Under the pieces are notes generated by a model. The model did not search any database, was not told the origin of the DNA, and was given only the letters and a program-made list of their open reading frames with translations. DNA of 64,000 nt from Alphaproteobacteria bacterium (GTDB taxonomy: Bacteria > Pseudomonadota > Alphaproteobacteria > GCA-2731375), in contig CBDDPY010000002.1 of the NCBI GenBank assembly GCA_965232515.1, positions 3,840,001 through 3,904,000 on the forward strand, written 5' to 3'. The translations under genes were made by a program, and so were the position numbers. Below, one piece after another: positions 22,579 to 32,740 of this stretch (positions are counted from its first letter, which is position 1; each line of letters opens with the position of its first letter).

Positions 22579-23295
22579 TCAGGCGGCGTCGTGGAAGATG
22601 ATGCCGAGCGCGTAGCGCACGCCGCCGCGCACCCGGCTGACGCCGTGGCGCATCTTGCAGGCGTGCATGCCCCGCTTGCCTTCGACCGGTCTTTCGGTGA
22701 CCGGAAAGATGATCGCCTCGCCCTGCTCCAGCTGGATCGCCTCGCCACGCGATTGCGCCCGCGGCCGCTGTTCGACCAGCAGGAACTCGCCGCCGGTATA
22801 GTCGGTCCCGGGCCGGCTGAGGCCGATCGTAACCTGCAGCGGGAAGCACAGGTCGCCGTAGAGATCCTGGTGCAGGCAGTTATAGCCGCCGGTCTGATAG
22901 CGCAGCATCAGCGGCGTCGGCCGCGTCTGCTTCTTCTTGTGGCAGAGCTTCAGATAGGCGCTCAGGCTCGCCGGATAGCGCTCCTTGCGGCCGAGATCGG
23001 CCATCATGCGGTTCGCGATCGGTGCCAGCTTGCGGTAGAGGTGGGTCCTGAGCTGACCGACGATGCCCGGCAGCGGATTGCCGAAATACTTGTATTCGCC
23101 CTCGCCGAACCGGTAGCGGGCCATGTCGATGCGGCTGCGGAAAATGTCGTCGTCGGCATAGAGGACGGCGAGCGCCGCGCATTCCGAGCCCGACAGCAGC
23201 GGCCCTGTGCGGGCATAGCCCTCGGCGCCGATCGCCTTGGCGGCGCCGCGCCAATCGACGGCCTTCACCCGGTCGGCGATTTTGGTCTCGGCCAT
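22579..23295 (-). CDS. 2OG-Fe(II) oxygenase (DUF2086-like)
   Basis: GEGEYKYF, YNCLHQDLYG (HxD), EQRPRAQSR, RHGVS, LGIIFHDAA; start could be 23319. Confidence 0.88.
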   Translation of the reverse strand: MAETKIADRVKAVDWRGAAKAIGAEGYARTGPLLSGSECAALAVLYADDDIFRSRIDMARYRFGEGEYKYFGNPLPGIVGQLRTHLYRKLAPIANRMMADLGRKERYPASLSAYLKLCHKKKQTRPTPLMLRYQTGGYNCLHQDLYGDLCFPLQVTIGLSRPGTDYTGGEFLLVEQRPRAQSRGEAIQLEQGEAIIFPVTERPVEGKRGMHACKMRHGVSRVRGGVRYALGIIFHDAA

Positions 23296-23474
23296 GTCGA
23301 AACTGTTAACGGGAAACATCCGTCGTTCTATCCGATTATTGTGCGCCAATCCCCCGTGCGCCGCCCGGCGGGAAGGATGGCGGCGGCGCTGCGCCAAGCA
23401 TGGCACGGCAATCTTTAAAATTGCCCCCAAATTCTCGCCCGAGGCCAATGAAAAATTCGGGCGGTTCCCCCGGA

Positions 23475-26400
23475 TCAGGCCGTGGCGGCCGCGTCTTCGT
23501 CGCTCAGTGGGTGCGCCAACAGAGCCACCATTTCCTTCGGGCAGACCTGAACGAACTTCTTCAGTTGTAAATCCCACTCGTTAAGCAATCTGGATGAGAA
23601 AACCGATTGGGTCGCGGTGACATGCTGGCCGATCAGATCCTTCAGCACGCCCTCCCAGTGTTCGGTCTTGACCGGCTGCCAGATCACGCTGTCGGCGTTG
23701 ATCCGGACGCCGATCTCGCCGTTGGGGTCGTAGATGAAGGCCATGCCGCCCGTCATGCCGGCGGCGAAATTGTCGCCGACCGAACCCAGAATCACGGCGA
23801 CGCCGCCGGTCATATATTCGCAGCCATTCGCGCCGCAGCCTTCGACCACGGCATTGGCGCCCGAATTGCGCACCGCGAAGCGCTCGCCGGCCCGGCCGGC
23901 GGCGAACAGATGGCCTCCGGTCGCGCCATAGAGCACGGTGTTGCCGATGATGGTGTTCTCGTTGCTCTTCAGCGGGCTCGACGGCACCGGGCGGACCACG
24001 ATGTCGCCCCCCGACAGGCCCTTGCCGACATAGTCGTTGGCGTCGCCGAAGACTTCCAGCCGTAGCCCCTGCACCGCGAAGGCGCCGAGCGACTGGCCGG
24101 CCGACCCGCGCAGGCGCACGGTGATATGCCCTGGCTGCAACCCGGTCATGCCGAAGGTCCGGGTGATCATTGACGACAGCTTGGTGCCGACCGCGCGATG
24201 GATATTGCGGACGTTGTAGGCGAGCTGCATTTTCTGGCCTGCCATCATCAACGGCTCGGCGTCCTGCAGCATCTGCGCGTCCAGCGTTTCCGGCACCTCG
24301 TTGCGGCCGCGCACGGCGCAGAACCGCGGATGCTCGTCGCTGTCGGCCTGGACCAGCAGCGGATTCAGGTCGAGGTCGTCGAGGTGCGGCGCGCCGCGGC
24401 TGACCTGCATCAGCAGGTCGCTGCGGCCGATGATCTCCTCGATCGAGCGGGCGCCGATGGCGGCCAGGATCTCGCGCACTTCCTCGGCCATGAAGCTGAA
24501 CAGGTTCACCACCTTCTGCGGCGTGCCCTCGAACTTGGCGCGGAGCGCCTCGTCCTGGGTGCAGATGCCGACCGGACAGGTATTGGAATGGCACTGCCGA
24601 ACCAGGATGCAGCCCATGGCGACCAGCGCCGCGGTGCCGACGCCGAATTCCTCGGCCCCCAGCATGGCAGCGATGACGACGTCGCGGCCGGTCTTGATGC
24701 CGCCGTCGACCCGGAGCCGTACGCGATGTCGCAGGCCGTTCAGCGTCAACAGCTGGTTCGCCTCGCTCAGCCCCATCTCCCAGGGGTTGCCGGCATACTT
24801 GATGCTGGTCTGCGGGCTGGCGCCGGTGCCGCCGACATGGCCGGAAATCATGATCACGTCGGCCTTGGCCTTGGCGACGCCGGCGGCGATGGTGCCGATG
24901 CCGGACTCGGCGACCAGCTTGACGTTGACCCGGGCCTCCGGATTGATCTGCTTCAGATCGTAAATGAGCTGCGCCAGGTCTTCGATCGAGTAGATGTCGT
25001 GGTGCGGCGGCGGCGAGATCAGCGTCACGCCCGGCGTCGACAGCCGGAGCGTCGCAATCTCGGCCGTGACCTTGAAGCCCGGCAGCTGACCGCCCTCGCC
25101 GGGCTTGGCGCCCTGGGCGATCTTGATCTCGATCTCCTCGCACATGTTCAGGTATTCGGCGGTGACGCCGAACCGGCCTGAGGCGATCTGCTTGATCGCC
25201 GAGTTGGCGTTATCGCCGTTGGCGCGCGGATGGAAACGTTCCTGGCCCTCGCCGCCCTCGCCGGAATCCGACTTGGCGCCGATCTGGTTCATAGCGATGG
25301 CCAGCGTCTCGTGCGCTTCCCGGCCAAGCGCGCCGTGCGACATGGCGCCGGTGACGAAACGCTTGCGCAGCTCAGTGATGGATTCCACCTCGTCCAGCGG
25401 CACCGGATCGCCAAGCGGCTTGAACTCCAGCAGATCGCGCAGGTTCACCGGCGGCATGGTGTGCACGCCGTCGGCGAACCGCCGGTAGTGCGAGTAGGAA
25501 TCGTTGGCCACGGCCTCCTGCAGCACGTGGATCAGCTGCCCGTCGAAGGAATGCACCTCGCCGTTGCGCCGATAGCGGTAGAGCCCGCCGATCGGCAGGG
25601 CGATGACCTCGTCCTCGAAGGCCTTGCCGTTGATCTCGGTGACCTTTTGCTGAATACCGGAGAGGCCGATGCCGGAGATGCGCGAGGTCATGCCGGGAAA
25701 GTATTCCGCCACCAGCGTCCGGCTGAGACCGACGGCCTCGAAGTTGTAGGCGCCGCGATAGGAGCTGAGCACGGCGATGCCCATCTTCGACATCACCTTC
25801 AGCAGGCCCTGGTCGGCGGCCACGCGGAAGCGCTGCACGCATTCCTCGAACGACAGGCCCGGCAGCAGGCCGCGGCGATGGCGGTCGCGGATCGTCTCCT
25901 GCGCCAGATAGGCGTTAATGGTGGTCGCACCGACGCCGATCAGCACGGCGAACGCGTGCACGTCGATGCACTCGGCCACCCGGCAGTTCAACGAGGTGTA
26001 GGTCCTGAGGCCCTGCTCGACCAGATGCGTGTGCACGCCGCCGACCGCCAGGATCATCGGAATGGCCGCCCGGTCCGTCCCCACGCCCTCGTCGGTCAGG
26101 ATCAGATGCACGGCGCCGCTACGCACCGCGTCCTCGGCCTCGTCGCGAATGCGGCGCAGCGCGTCGCGCATGGCGTTCGGCCCCTTGCTGGGCGCGAAAG
26201 TGCAGTCGATCGTCCGCGCGAAATCGCCCATATAGGCGCGCATGTCCTCGAACTCGCGGTTCGACAGCACAGGCGAATCCAGCTCCAGCACCTTGAGCTG
26301 GCTGTCGTCCTCGGCCAGCACGTTGCCAAGGTTGCCGAAGCGCGTTTTCAGCGTCATCACCTGGTGCTCGCGCAGCGAGTCGATCGGCGGGTTGGTGACC

Positions 26401-28034
26401 TGACTGAACTGCTGGCGGAAGAAGTGGTGCAGGCCGCGATAGCGGTCCGACAACACGGCAAGCGGCGTGTCGTCGCCCATCGAGCCGGTCGCTTCCTTGG
26501 CGTCCTCGACCATGGGGTGCAGGATCAGCTCGATCTCTTCGTGCGTGTAGCCGGCCGCGACCTGCCGACGGCGCAATTCGGCGCTTTCATAGAGCTCCGG
26601 CTCGCCGGCGTCCTTGCGCACGATGCTGTCCAGCGACTTGATGTTCTGGACCCAGGTCTCGAACGGCTTTTCGGCCGCCAGCCGCTCCTTCAGTTCCTCG
26701 TCGTGGTACAGCTCGCCGGCCGACAGGTCGACGCCGATCATCTGGCCGGGACCGATGCGCCCCTTCTCGATGATCTGCTGCTCCGGCAGCGCCACCATGC
26801 CGGTCTCCGAGCCGCAGAACAGCAGGCCATCGGCGGTGATCGAATAACGCATCGGCCTGAGGCCGTTACGGTCCATGCCGCCGATGATCCAGCGGCCGTC
26901 GGTCGCGGCAATCGCCGCCGGGCCGTCCCACTGCTCCATCAGCGCGTTGCAGTAGGCATACATGGCGCGCTGCGCCGGGCTGATGCCGGCAACCTTCGAC
27001 CAGGCTGGCGGAATCAGCAACGACTTCGCCATCGGCGCGCTGCGGCCGGCCCGCACCAGCAGTTCGAAGGCCGCATCGAGCGCGGCCGAATCCGAACTGC
27101 CGGGCTGGATGATCGGCTTGATGTCGCCGCTGCGGTCGCCCAGCGCTTCGGACGCCATACGGATCTCGTGGCTCTTCATCCAGTTCACGTTGCCCTTCAG
27201 CGTGTTGATCTCGCCGTTGTGGGCGAGCATGCGGAAGGGCTGCGCCAGCCGCCAGGTCGGGAAGGTGTTGGTCGAGTAGCGCTGGTGGAAGATGGCGAAA
27301 TGCGAGATGAAACGGTCGTCCAGCAGGTCCGGATAAAAGGCCGTCAGTTGCTCGGCCAGGAACATCCCCTTGTAGATGATCGAGCGGCAGCTCAGCGAGC
27401 AGATGTAGAACTCGTTGATGCTCACTTCGGCGACGCGGCGTTCGATATGGCGGCGGATGACGTAGAGATCGCGTTCGAACTTTTCCTCGTCGATCGCCTT
27501 CTCGCTGTAGATCATTACCTGCTCGATTTCCGGCCGTGTGGCGTTCGCCTTCTCGCCGGTCACGCCGGTGTCGACCGGCACCTGGCGCCAGCCGTAGATC
27601 TGATAGCCAAGGTTTAGGATCTCGGTCTCGACGATGGTGCGGCAGGTCTCCTGCGCCGCGAAGTCGGTGCGCGGCAGGAACACCATGCCGACCGCCAGCT
27701 TGCCGTCCGTGGGTTCGTGGCCGGTGCGCGCGACGTGCTCTTTGAAGAAGTCCTGCGGGATCTGCACCTGGATGCCGGCGCCGTCGCCGGTCTTGCCGTC
27801 GGCGTCGACGGCGCCGCGGTGCCAGACCGCCTTCAGCGCGTTGATGCCGGCCTGCACGACGCGCCGGCTCGGCTTGCCGTCGATGGCGGCGATGAAGCCG
27901 ACGCCGCAGGAACTGTGCTCGTGCGCGGGGTCGTAAGCATGCGCCGCCTGCAAGCGCGCCGCATTGCGCCGCCAGCGCTCGATCTCGATTTCCCCCGGGG
28001 TCGGCTTGCTGTTGTCCGGCGTTCTGTCGGTCAT
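23475..28034 (-). CDS. gltB: Glutamate synthase large subunit
   Basis: CGVGF nucleophile, HRGAVDADGKTGDGAG, HQRYSTNT, SGEGGE, AQGAKPGEGGQLPG, C..RQCHSNTCPVG. Confidence 0.99.
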   Translation of the reverse strand: MTDRTPDNSKPTPGEIEIERWRRNAARLQAAHAYDPAHEHSSCGVGFIAAIDGKPSRRVVQAGINALKAVWHRGAVDADGKTGDGAGIQVQIPQDFFKEHVARTGHEPTDGKLAVGMVFLPRTDFAAQETCRTIVETEILNLGYQIYGWRQVPVDTGVTGEKANATRPEIEQVMIYSEKAIDEEKFERDLYVIRRHIERRVAEVSINEFYICSLSCRSIIYKGMFLAEQLTAFYPDLLDDRFISHFAIFHQRYSTNTFPTWRLAQPFRMLAHNGEINTLKGNVNWMKSHEIRMASEALGDRSGDIKPIIQPGSSDSAALDAAFELLVRAGRSAPMAKSLLIPPAWSKVAGISPAQRAMYAYCNALMEQWDGPAAIAATDGRWIIGGMDRNGLRPMRYSITADGLLFCGSETGMVALPEQQIIEKGRIGPGQMIGVDLSAGELYHDEELKERLAAEKPFETWVQNIKSLDSIVRKDAGEPELYESAELRRRQVAAGYTHEEIELILHPMVEDAKEATGSMGDDTPLAVLSDRYRGLHHFFRQQFSQVTNPPIDSLREHQVMTLKTRFGNLGNVLAEDDSQLKVLELDSPVLSNREFEDMRAYMGDFARTIDCTFAPSKGPNAMRDALRRIRDEAEDAVRSGAVHLILTDEGVGTDRAAIPMILAVGGVHTHLVEQGLRTYTSLNCRVAECIDVHAFAVLIGVGATTINAYLAQETIRDRHRRGLLPGLSFEECVQRFRVAADQGLLKVMSKMGIAVLSSYRGAYNFEAVGLSRTLVAEYFPGMTSRISGIGLSGIQQKVTEINGKAFEDEVIALPIGGLYRYRRNGEVHSFDGQLIHVLQEAVANDSYSHYRRFADGVHTMPPVNLRDLLEFKPLGDPVPLDEVESITELRKRFVTGAMSHGALGREAHETLAIAMNQIGAKSDSGEGGEGQERFHPRANGDNANSAIKQIASGRFGVTAEYLNMCEEIEIKIAQGAKPGEGGQLPGFKVTAEIATLRLSTPGVTLISPPPHHDIYSIEDLAQLIYDLKQINPEARVNVKLVAESGIGTIAAGVAKAKADVIMISGHVGGTGASPQTSIKYAGNPWEMGLSEANQLLTLNGLRHRVRLRVDGGIKTGRDVVIAAMLGAEEFGVGTAALVAMGCILVRQCHSNTCPVGICTQDEALRAKFEGTPQKVVNLFSFMAEEVREILAAIGARSIEEIIGRSDLLMQVSRGAPHLDDLDLNPLLVQADSDEHPRFCAVRGRNEVPETLDAQMLQDAEPLMMAGQKMQLAYNVRNIHRAVGTKLSSMITRTFGMTGLQPGHITVRLRGSAGQSLGAFAVQGLRLEVFGDANDYVGKGLSGGDIVVRPVPSSPLKSNENTIIGNTVLYGATGGHLFAAGRAGERFAVRNSGANAVVEGCGANGCEYMTGGVAVILGSVGDNFAAGMTGGMAFIYDPNGEIGVRINADSVIWQPVKTEHWEGVLKDLIGQHVTATQSVFSSRLLNEWDLQLKKFVQVCPKEMVALLAHPLSDEDAAATA

Positions 28035-28047
28035 CTCGAAACCCCCG

Positions 28048-29496
28048 TCAGGACGCGACGGCGAGTGGCGCCGCCGCGCCCTCGGCCTTCGCTTGCATAT
28101 AGCCGTGCATGGCGTCGGCCGCGTCGCGGCCGTCCCGGATCGCCCAAACCACCAGCGAGGCGCCGCGGACGATGTCGCCGGCGGCGAACACGCCATCCAG
28201 ATTTGTCATCAGCGTGCGCAGATCGGCCTTCACCGTGCCCCAGCGCGAGACGCCCAACTCGGGCTCGCCGAACAGCGTCGGCAGGTCCTCGGGGTCGAAG
28301 CCAAGCGCCTTGATGGCGAGATCGCAGTCGAGCGTGAAGTGCGAGTCGTCGACCGGCTCGGGCGATCGCCGGCCGCTCGCATCCGGCGCGCCCAAGCGCA
28401 TGCGCTGCGCGCGTACGCCCGATACCGCGCCGTCGCCGAGAAACGCCTGCGGGCTCGACAGCCAGATGAACTCGACGCCCTCTTCCTCGGCGTGGTTCAC
28501 CTCGCGCATCGAGCCGGGCATGTTGGCGCGGTCGCGCCGATAGAGGCACTTCACAGAGGTCGCGCCCTGGCGCACCGCCGTGCGCACGCAGTCCATCGCC
28601 GTGTCGCCGCCACCGATCACCACGATGTTCTTACCGGCCGCATTCAGTTGTCCGTCGTCGAACGTCGGCACATCATCGCCCAGCCCCTTGCGGTTCGATG
28701 CCGTCAGGAAGTCCATGGCCATGACGATATTCTGCAGGCCGACGCCCGGCACGGCGACGTCGCGGGCGCGATAGACGCCGGTGGCGATCAGGATGCTGTC
28801 ATGCTTCGCGCGCAGATCGGCGAGCGAGGCGTCTCGACCGACCTCGAAATTGAGATGAAAGGTGATGCCGCCGTCTTCCAGCAGCGTTTGCCGCCGCAGG
28901 ACGACGTCCTTCTCCAGCTTGAAGTTCGGAATGCCGTAGAGCAGCAGGCCGCCGACCCGGTCGTAACGGTCGTAGACATGGATCTGATAGCCCCGGCGCC
29001 GCAGCATGTCGGCCGCCGCCAGCCCGCCCGGTCCGGCGCCGATGATGCCGACCGACTGGTCCCGCTCGACAGGCGGCGCCGGCGGTTTCACCAGCCCCAT
29101 ATCGAATGCTGTGTCGGTAATATATTTCTCCACCGACCCGATCGTCACCGATTCGAAACCCTTCTCGATGACACAATTGCCTTCGCAAAGCCGGTCCTGC
29201 GGACAGATTCGGCCGCAGATCTCGGGAAACGTATTGGTGGCCGACGAAACCGCGTAGGCTTCCTCGATTCGCCCCTCGGCGGTCAGCTTCAGCCAGTCGG
29301 GGATGTTGTTGTGCAGTGGGCAATGGATCTGACAGAAGGGGATGCCGCATTGCGAACAGCGCGCCGCCTGGATTTCCGCCTTCTCGCGGGCGTATTCGCG
29401 GTAGATCTCGTCAAAGTCGTTGACGCGCTCGCCCGCTTGCCGTTTCTCCGGCATTTCTTGCGAAACGTCGACGAACTTCAGCATGCGCTCTGACAT
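28048..29496 (-). CDS. gltD: Glutamate synthase small subunit
   Basis: RCSQCGIPFC, CGRICPQDRLCEG, GAGPGG, IGGGDTAMDC, AGDIVRGASLVVWAI. Confidence 0.98.
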   Translation of the reverse strand: MSERMLKFVDVSQEMPEKRQAGERVNDFDEIYREYAREKAEIQAARCSQCGIPFCQIHCPLHNNIPDWLKLTAEGRIEEAYAVSSATNTFPEICGRICPQDRLCEGNCVIEKGFESVTIGSVEKYITDTAFDMGLVKPPAPPVERDQSVGIIGAGPGGLAAADMLRRRGYQIHVYDRYDRVGGLLLYGIPNFKLEKDVVLRRQTLLEDGGITFHLNFEVGRDASLADLRAKHDSILIATGVYRARDVAVPGVGLQNIVMAMDFLTASNRKGLGDDVPTFDDGQLNAAGKNIVVIGGGDTAMDCVRTAVRQGATSVKCLYRRDRANMPGSMREVNHAEEEGVEFIWLSSPQAFLGDGAVSGVRAQRMRLGAPDASGRRSPEPVDDSHFTLDCDLAIKALGFDPEDLPTLFGEPELGVSRWGTVKADLRTLMTNLDGVFAAGDIVRGASLVVWAIRDGRDAADAMHGYMQAKAEGAAAPLAVAS

Positions 29497-29817
29497 GTTT
29501 CCCCCAACCGTCCAACTAAATTGCTCGGGTTGTTGTCGTCCGGGCCACCGCCACCACGCGCGGTGCCAGGACTTCTGCCGTTCGGCCTTCCCGACCCGGA
29601 AGTTTGAGCGACATTTCTACCCGATCGAACGCAATCAGGCCAGCCGAAAATCAAAAATAGGTCAGCATAGGGTAACTAATACTTGTGACGGCCAGCGCCA
29701 ACTTGACGTCACAGAAACATCCGAATTTGTTCGATCGAAAAATAGTCTCGATTTCGGACTAATGTGGCGAAATCGCATCATACTCTCATCCCCCTGCCGA
29801 CCGCGCGGAGAGTTGGC

Positions 29818-30621
29818 GTGAGCCTGTTGCACATCGTTGTCCTGGCGCTGGTGCAGGGCATTACCGAGTTTCTGCCGATCAGCTCGTCCGCCCATCTGAT
29901 CCTGGTTCCGAAGGTCACCGGCTGGAGCGACCAGGGCGCGGTGCTGGATATCGCCACGCATGTCGGCACGCTGGGCGCGGTCGTGATCTATTTCCATCGC
30001 GACGTCTGGAGCATGCTGCTTGGCTGCGGGCAACTGCTTCGCGGCCGGCGCGACGGCGACGCGCGTTTGGCGCTCAACGTCGCGGTCGCCACCATTCCCG
30101 CGTTGGCGGCGGGGTTGGCGCTGGTGAAGCTCGATCTCTACCCGCTGTTGCGTTCGATCGAGGTGATCGCCTGGGCGACACTCGGCTTCGGCCTGCTGTT
30201 GTACGCCGCCGACCGGTTCGCCGGCACGACCCGCCGGCTGGAGCAGTTCGGAATTGCCGCCGCCGTCTTTGTCGGCCTGATGCAGGCGCTGGCCCTGATC
30301 CCCGGCACCAGCCGGGCCGGCATTACCATCACCGCCGCGCGGCTGCTGGGCACCAACCGCAGCGACGCGGCCCGGTTCTCCATGCTGCTGTCGATCCCGA
30401 CGATCCTCGCCGCCGGCGGCTACGGGAGCTATGAGCTGTTGACCGCCGGCGAGCTGACAATCGGCCTGGACGCCGCGCTGGCGGCGCTGCTGTCGTTCGC
30501 CGCCTCGCTCCTGGCCATCTGGGGCCTGATGCGCTGGGTGCGGCAATCGAGCTACACGCCGTTCGTCGTCTACCGGGTGTTTCTGGCCGCGGTTCTGTTC
30601 TGGTGGATCTATGCCGGCTGA
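29818..30621 (+). CDS. uppP: Undecaprenyl-diphosphate phosphatase
   Basis: QGITEFLPISSSAH, QALALIPGTSR, F..YR. Confidence 0.95.
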   Translation: MSLLHIVVLALVQGITEFLPISSSAHLILVPKVTGWSDQGAVLDIATHVGTLGAVVIYFHRDVWSMLLGCGQLLRGRRDGDARLALNVAVATIPALAAGLALVKLDLYPLLRSIEVIAWATLGFGLLLYAADRFAGTTRRLEQFGIAAAVFVGLMQALALIPGTSRAGITITAARLLGTNRSDAARFSMLLSIPTILAAGGYGSYELLTAGELTIGLDAALAALLSFAASLLAIWGLMRWVRQSSYTPFVVYRVFLAAVLFWWIYAG

Positions 30622-30627
30622 GCCCGC

Positions 30628-31578
30628 TCAGCCCAGGCGCGACGGCACCAGCCTGCCGCCGCGGCGATACCGGAACAGGTAGCTCGGCACGATGGCGTCG
30701 ACCGACGTCGGCGTGATGCCGAGATCGCTCAGCCCCGGCGCGTCCGCCGACGCGACGTTGTCGGATTTCAGCAGTTCGACCTGGTCCATGGTCAGCGGCG
30801 GGGTCGGCAGCAGTTGCAGGAACGCCGCCTCGAACTTCGCCAAGCCGAACGGCAACGGCAGCAGCAGACGCCGCCGGCCGGTCTGCTCCAGCACTACCTG
30901 CATCAGTTCCTTGAAGGTGTAAACGCGCGGGCCGCCTAATTCATAGGTCTTGCCGGCCGCGTCGGCACTTTCAAGCACGGCGACGATGGCGTCCGCCACG
31001 TCGCCGACATAGACCGGCTGAAAGCGGGTTTCGCCGCCGCCGATCAACGGCAGGGCAGGCAGGATGGTCGCCAGCGCGCCGAAGCGGTTGAAGAAGTCGT
31101 CCTCAGGACCGAACACCACCGACGGCCGCAGCACGGTCGCCGACGGAAATGCGTCCAGCACCGCGGCCTCCCCGGCCGCCTTGCTGCGGGCATAGGCCGC
31201 CGACGATTCCAGATCCGCGCCGATTGCCGAGACCTGAACCAGTCGTTCGGCGCCGGCGGCCGCGGCCGCTTCGGCGATGCGGGCCGCGCCGGCGCCATGG
31301 ACCGCATCGAAGCGCTGCCGGCCCCGCTCGAACAGAATGCCGACGCAATTCACCACCGCGTCGGCGCCGTCGACGGCCCGCGCCACCGACGGTACGTTGC
31401 GGATGTTGGTCGCCACCGGAACCACCTGGCCGACGTCGCCCATGGGCTTCAGGAACGCCGCCGCCTCCGGGTCGCGCACCGCCACCCGCACACGCGAACC
31501 GCGCGCGGCAAGCCGCTTGACAAGATATCGGCCGATGAATCCGGAGCCCCCAAAAACCGTGACGTTGGCGAGCGTCAT
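30628..31578 (-). CDS. Complex I NDUFA9-like NAD(P)-dependent epimerase
   Basis: TVFGGSGFIGR, LKPMGDVGQ, YARSK, RPSVVFGPED.F.NRF, QPVYVGDVA. Confidence 0.92.
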   Translation of the reverse strand: MTLANVTVFGGSGFIGRYLVKRLAARGSRVRVAVRDPEAAAFLKPMGDVGQVVPVATNIRNVPSVARAVDGADAVVNCVGILFERGRQRFDAVHGAGAARIAEAAAAAGAERLVQVSAIGADLESSAAYARSKAAGEAAVLDAFPSATVLRPSVVFGPEDDFFNRFGALATILPALPLIGGGETRFQPVYVGDVADAIVAVLESADAAGKTYELGGPRVYTFKELMQVVLEQTGRRRLLLPLPFGLAKFEAAFLQLLPTPPLTMDQVELLKSDNVASADAPGLSDLGITPTSVDAIVPSYLFRYRRGGRLVPSRLG

Positions 31579-31770
31579 GCAATCCTCCAGAAGATCCGCC
31601 GGAATCGCGGACGGCGGCCCCTATATAGATCGCGGACGAACAGGTCGGCAACAACGCATCGATGCGAAAGAGCCGGCCATGACGGCCGGGGCTCGCCCGG
31701 CATTGTCCGGGTCAAACGACGGGCTGTGCTTGACATACCCGCGACGCGGCGATATCGAAGCCGTCAACTT

Positions 31771-31857
31771 GCCCAGGTGGCGGAATTGGTAGACGCGCTA
31801 GCTTCAGGTGCTAGTGACCGTAAGGTCGTGGAAGTTCGAGTCTTCTCCTGGGCACCA
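31771..31857 (+). tRNA. tRNA-Leu (anticodon CAG)
   Basis: GCCCAGGTGGCGGAATTGGTAGACGCG...TTCAGGT...GTTCGAGTC...GGGCACCA; variable arm present. Confidence 0.97.
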
Positions 31858-31915
31858 ACTCACCCAGCCGGTCGAACGACATCGGCGGCCGGCGCCGGTT
31901 GAAGCCACCTCTGAC

Positions 31916-32527
31916 ATGAGCATCACCCTGCATCGCGGCGATCTGCCGGCCGGGCTGGCTTTCGAGGGCATGGTCGCCATCGACAGCGAGACCATGGGCC
32001 TCGATCCGCATCGCGACCGCCTGTGCCTGATACAGTTGTCGGCCGGTGACGGCGCCGCGCATCTGGTGCAGTTCGGCCAAGACCAATACGACGCGCCGAA
32101 CCTGAAAGCTCTGCTGACCGATCCCGAGGTCGTCAAGCTGTTCCATTTCGCGCGCTTCGACATGGCGGTGATCCGCCAGTACCTGCAGGTCGATTGCCGG
32201 CCGGTCTATTGCACGAAGATCGCCTCGAAGCTGGTCCGCACCTACACCGACCGGCACGGCCTCAAGGATCTTTGCCGCGAGCTGCTCGGCATCGACATCT
32301 CCAAGCAGCAGCAGTCCTCGGATTGGGGCGCCGATACGCTGACGCAGGAGCAATTGGAATACGCCGCCGCGGACGTGCTGCATCTGCATGAATTGCAGGC
32401 ACGACTGGATGACATGCTCGGTCGCGAGGGACGTCGCGACCTGGCCGAGGCCTGTTTCGGCTTTCTGCCGACCCGGGTTCGACTCGATCTCGACGGCTGG
32501 CAAGGCGAGGACATTTTTGCGCATTAG
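31916..32527 (+). CDS. rnd: Ribonuclease D (3'-5' exonuclease)
   Basis: AIDSETMGL, HFARFD, SKQQQSSDW, YAAADV. Confidence 0.9.
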   Translation: MSITLHRGDLPAGLAFEGMVAIDSETMGLDPHRDRLCLIQLSAGDGAAHLVQFGQDQYDAPNLKALLTDPEVVKLFHFARFDMAVIRQYLQVDCRPVYCTKIASKLVRTYTDRHGLKDLCRELLGIDISKQQQSSDWGADTLTQEQLEYAAADVLHLHELQARLDDMLGREGRRDLAEACFGFLPTRVRLDLDGWQGEDIFAH

Positions 32528-32590
32528 CACGGACTTTGGCCGGCTGTTTGACCTGACCGGACGAGTTGTCCATACTGGCCTTGGGATAGT

Positions 32591-32606
32591 TGGCATGAAT
32601 TTCGCT
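32591..32606 (+). promoter_or_regulatory. Sigma54-type -24/-12 element upstream of lptC
   Basis: TGGCATG-AATT-TCGCT, exact GG-N10-GC spacing. Confidence 0.55.
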
Positions 32607-32740
32607 TGCAGAAAAAATTTCGTTTAGGTATCCGTCGAACAACCTCAAAAAGAAACTGGTCGAAGCGGTAGCCAACTCCCAAATCTGCCGCTGGGATAGG
32701 TAGTTTGAACGAATGAGGCGGGGGCGCATCGACGGACGTC

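Noticed and set aside
23401-23416. TGGCACGGCAATCTTT, sigma54-like
   Set aside because: It lacks the -12 GC and points away from the adjacent 2OG-Fe(II) oxygenase gene.
2899-29493. Long antisense or alternate-frame ORFs (e.g. 2899-4434, 4770-6890, 25230-27617, 27964-29493)
   Set aside because: They are shadows of well-supported genes, expected where high GC3 makes stop codons scarce, and they show no family motifs.
29658-29678. TAGGTCAGC..GGGTAACTA as an operator upstream of gltD
   Set aside because: Symmetry is too weak to support without comparison to orthologous regions.
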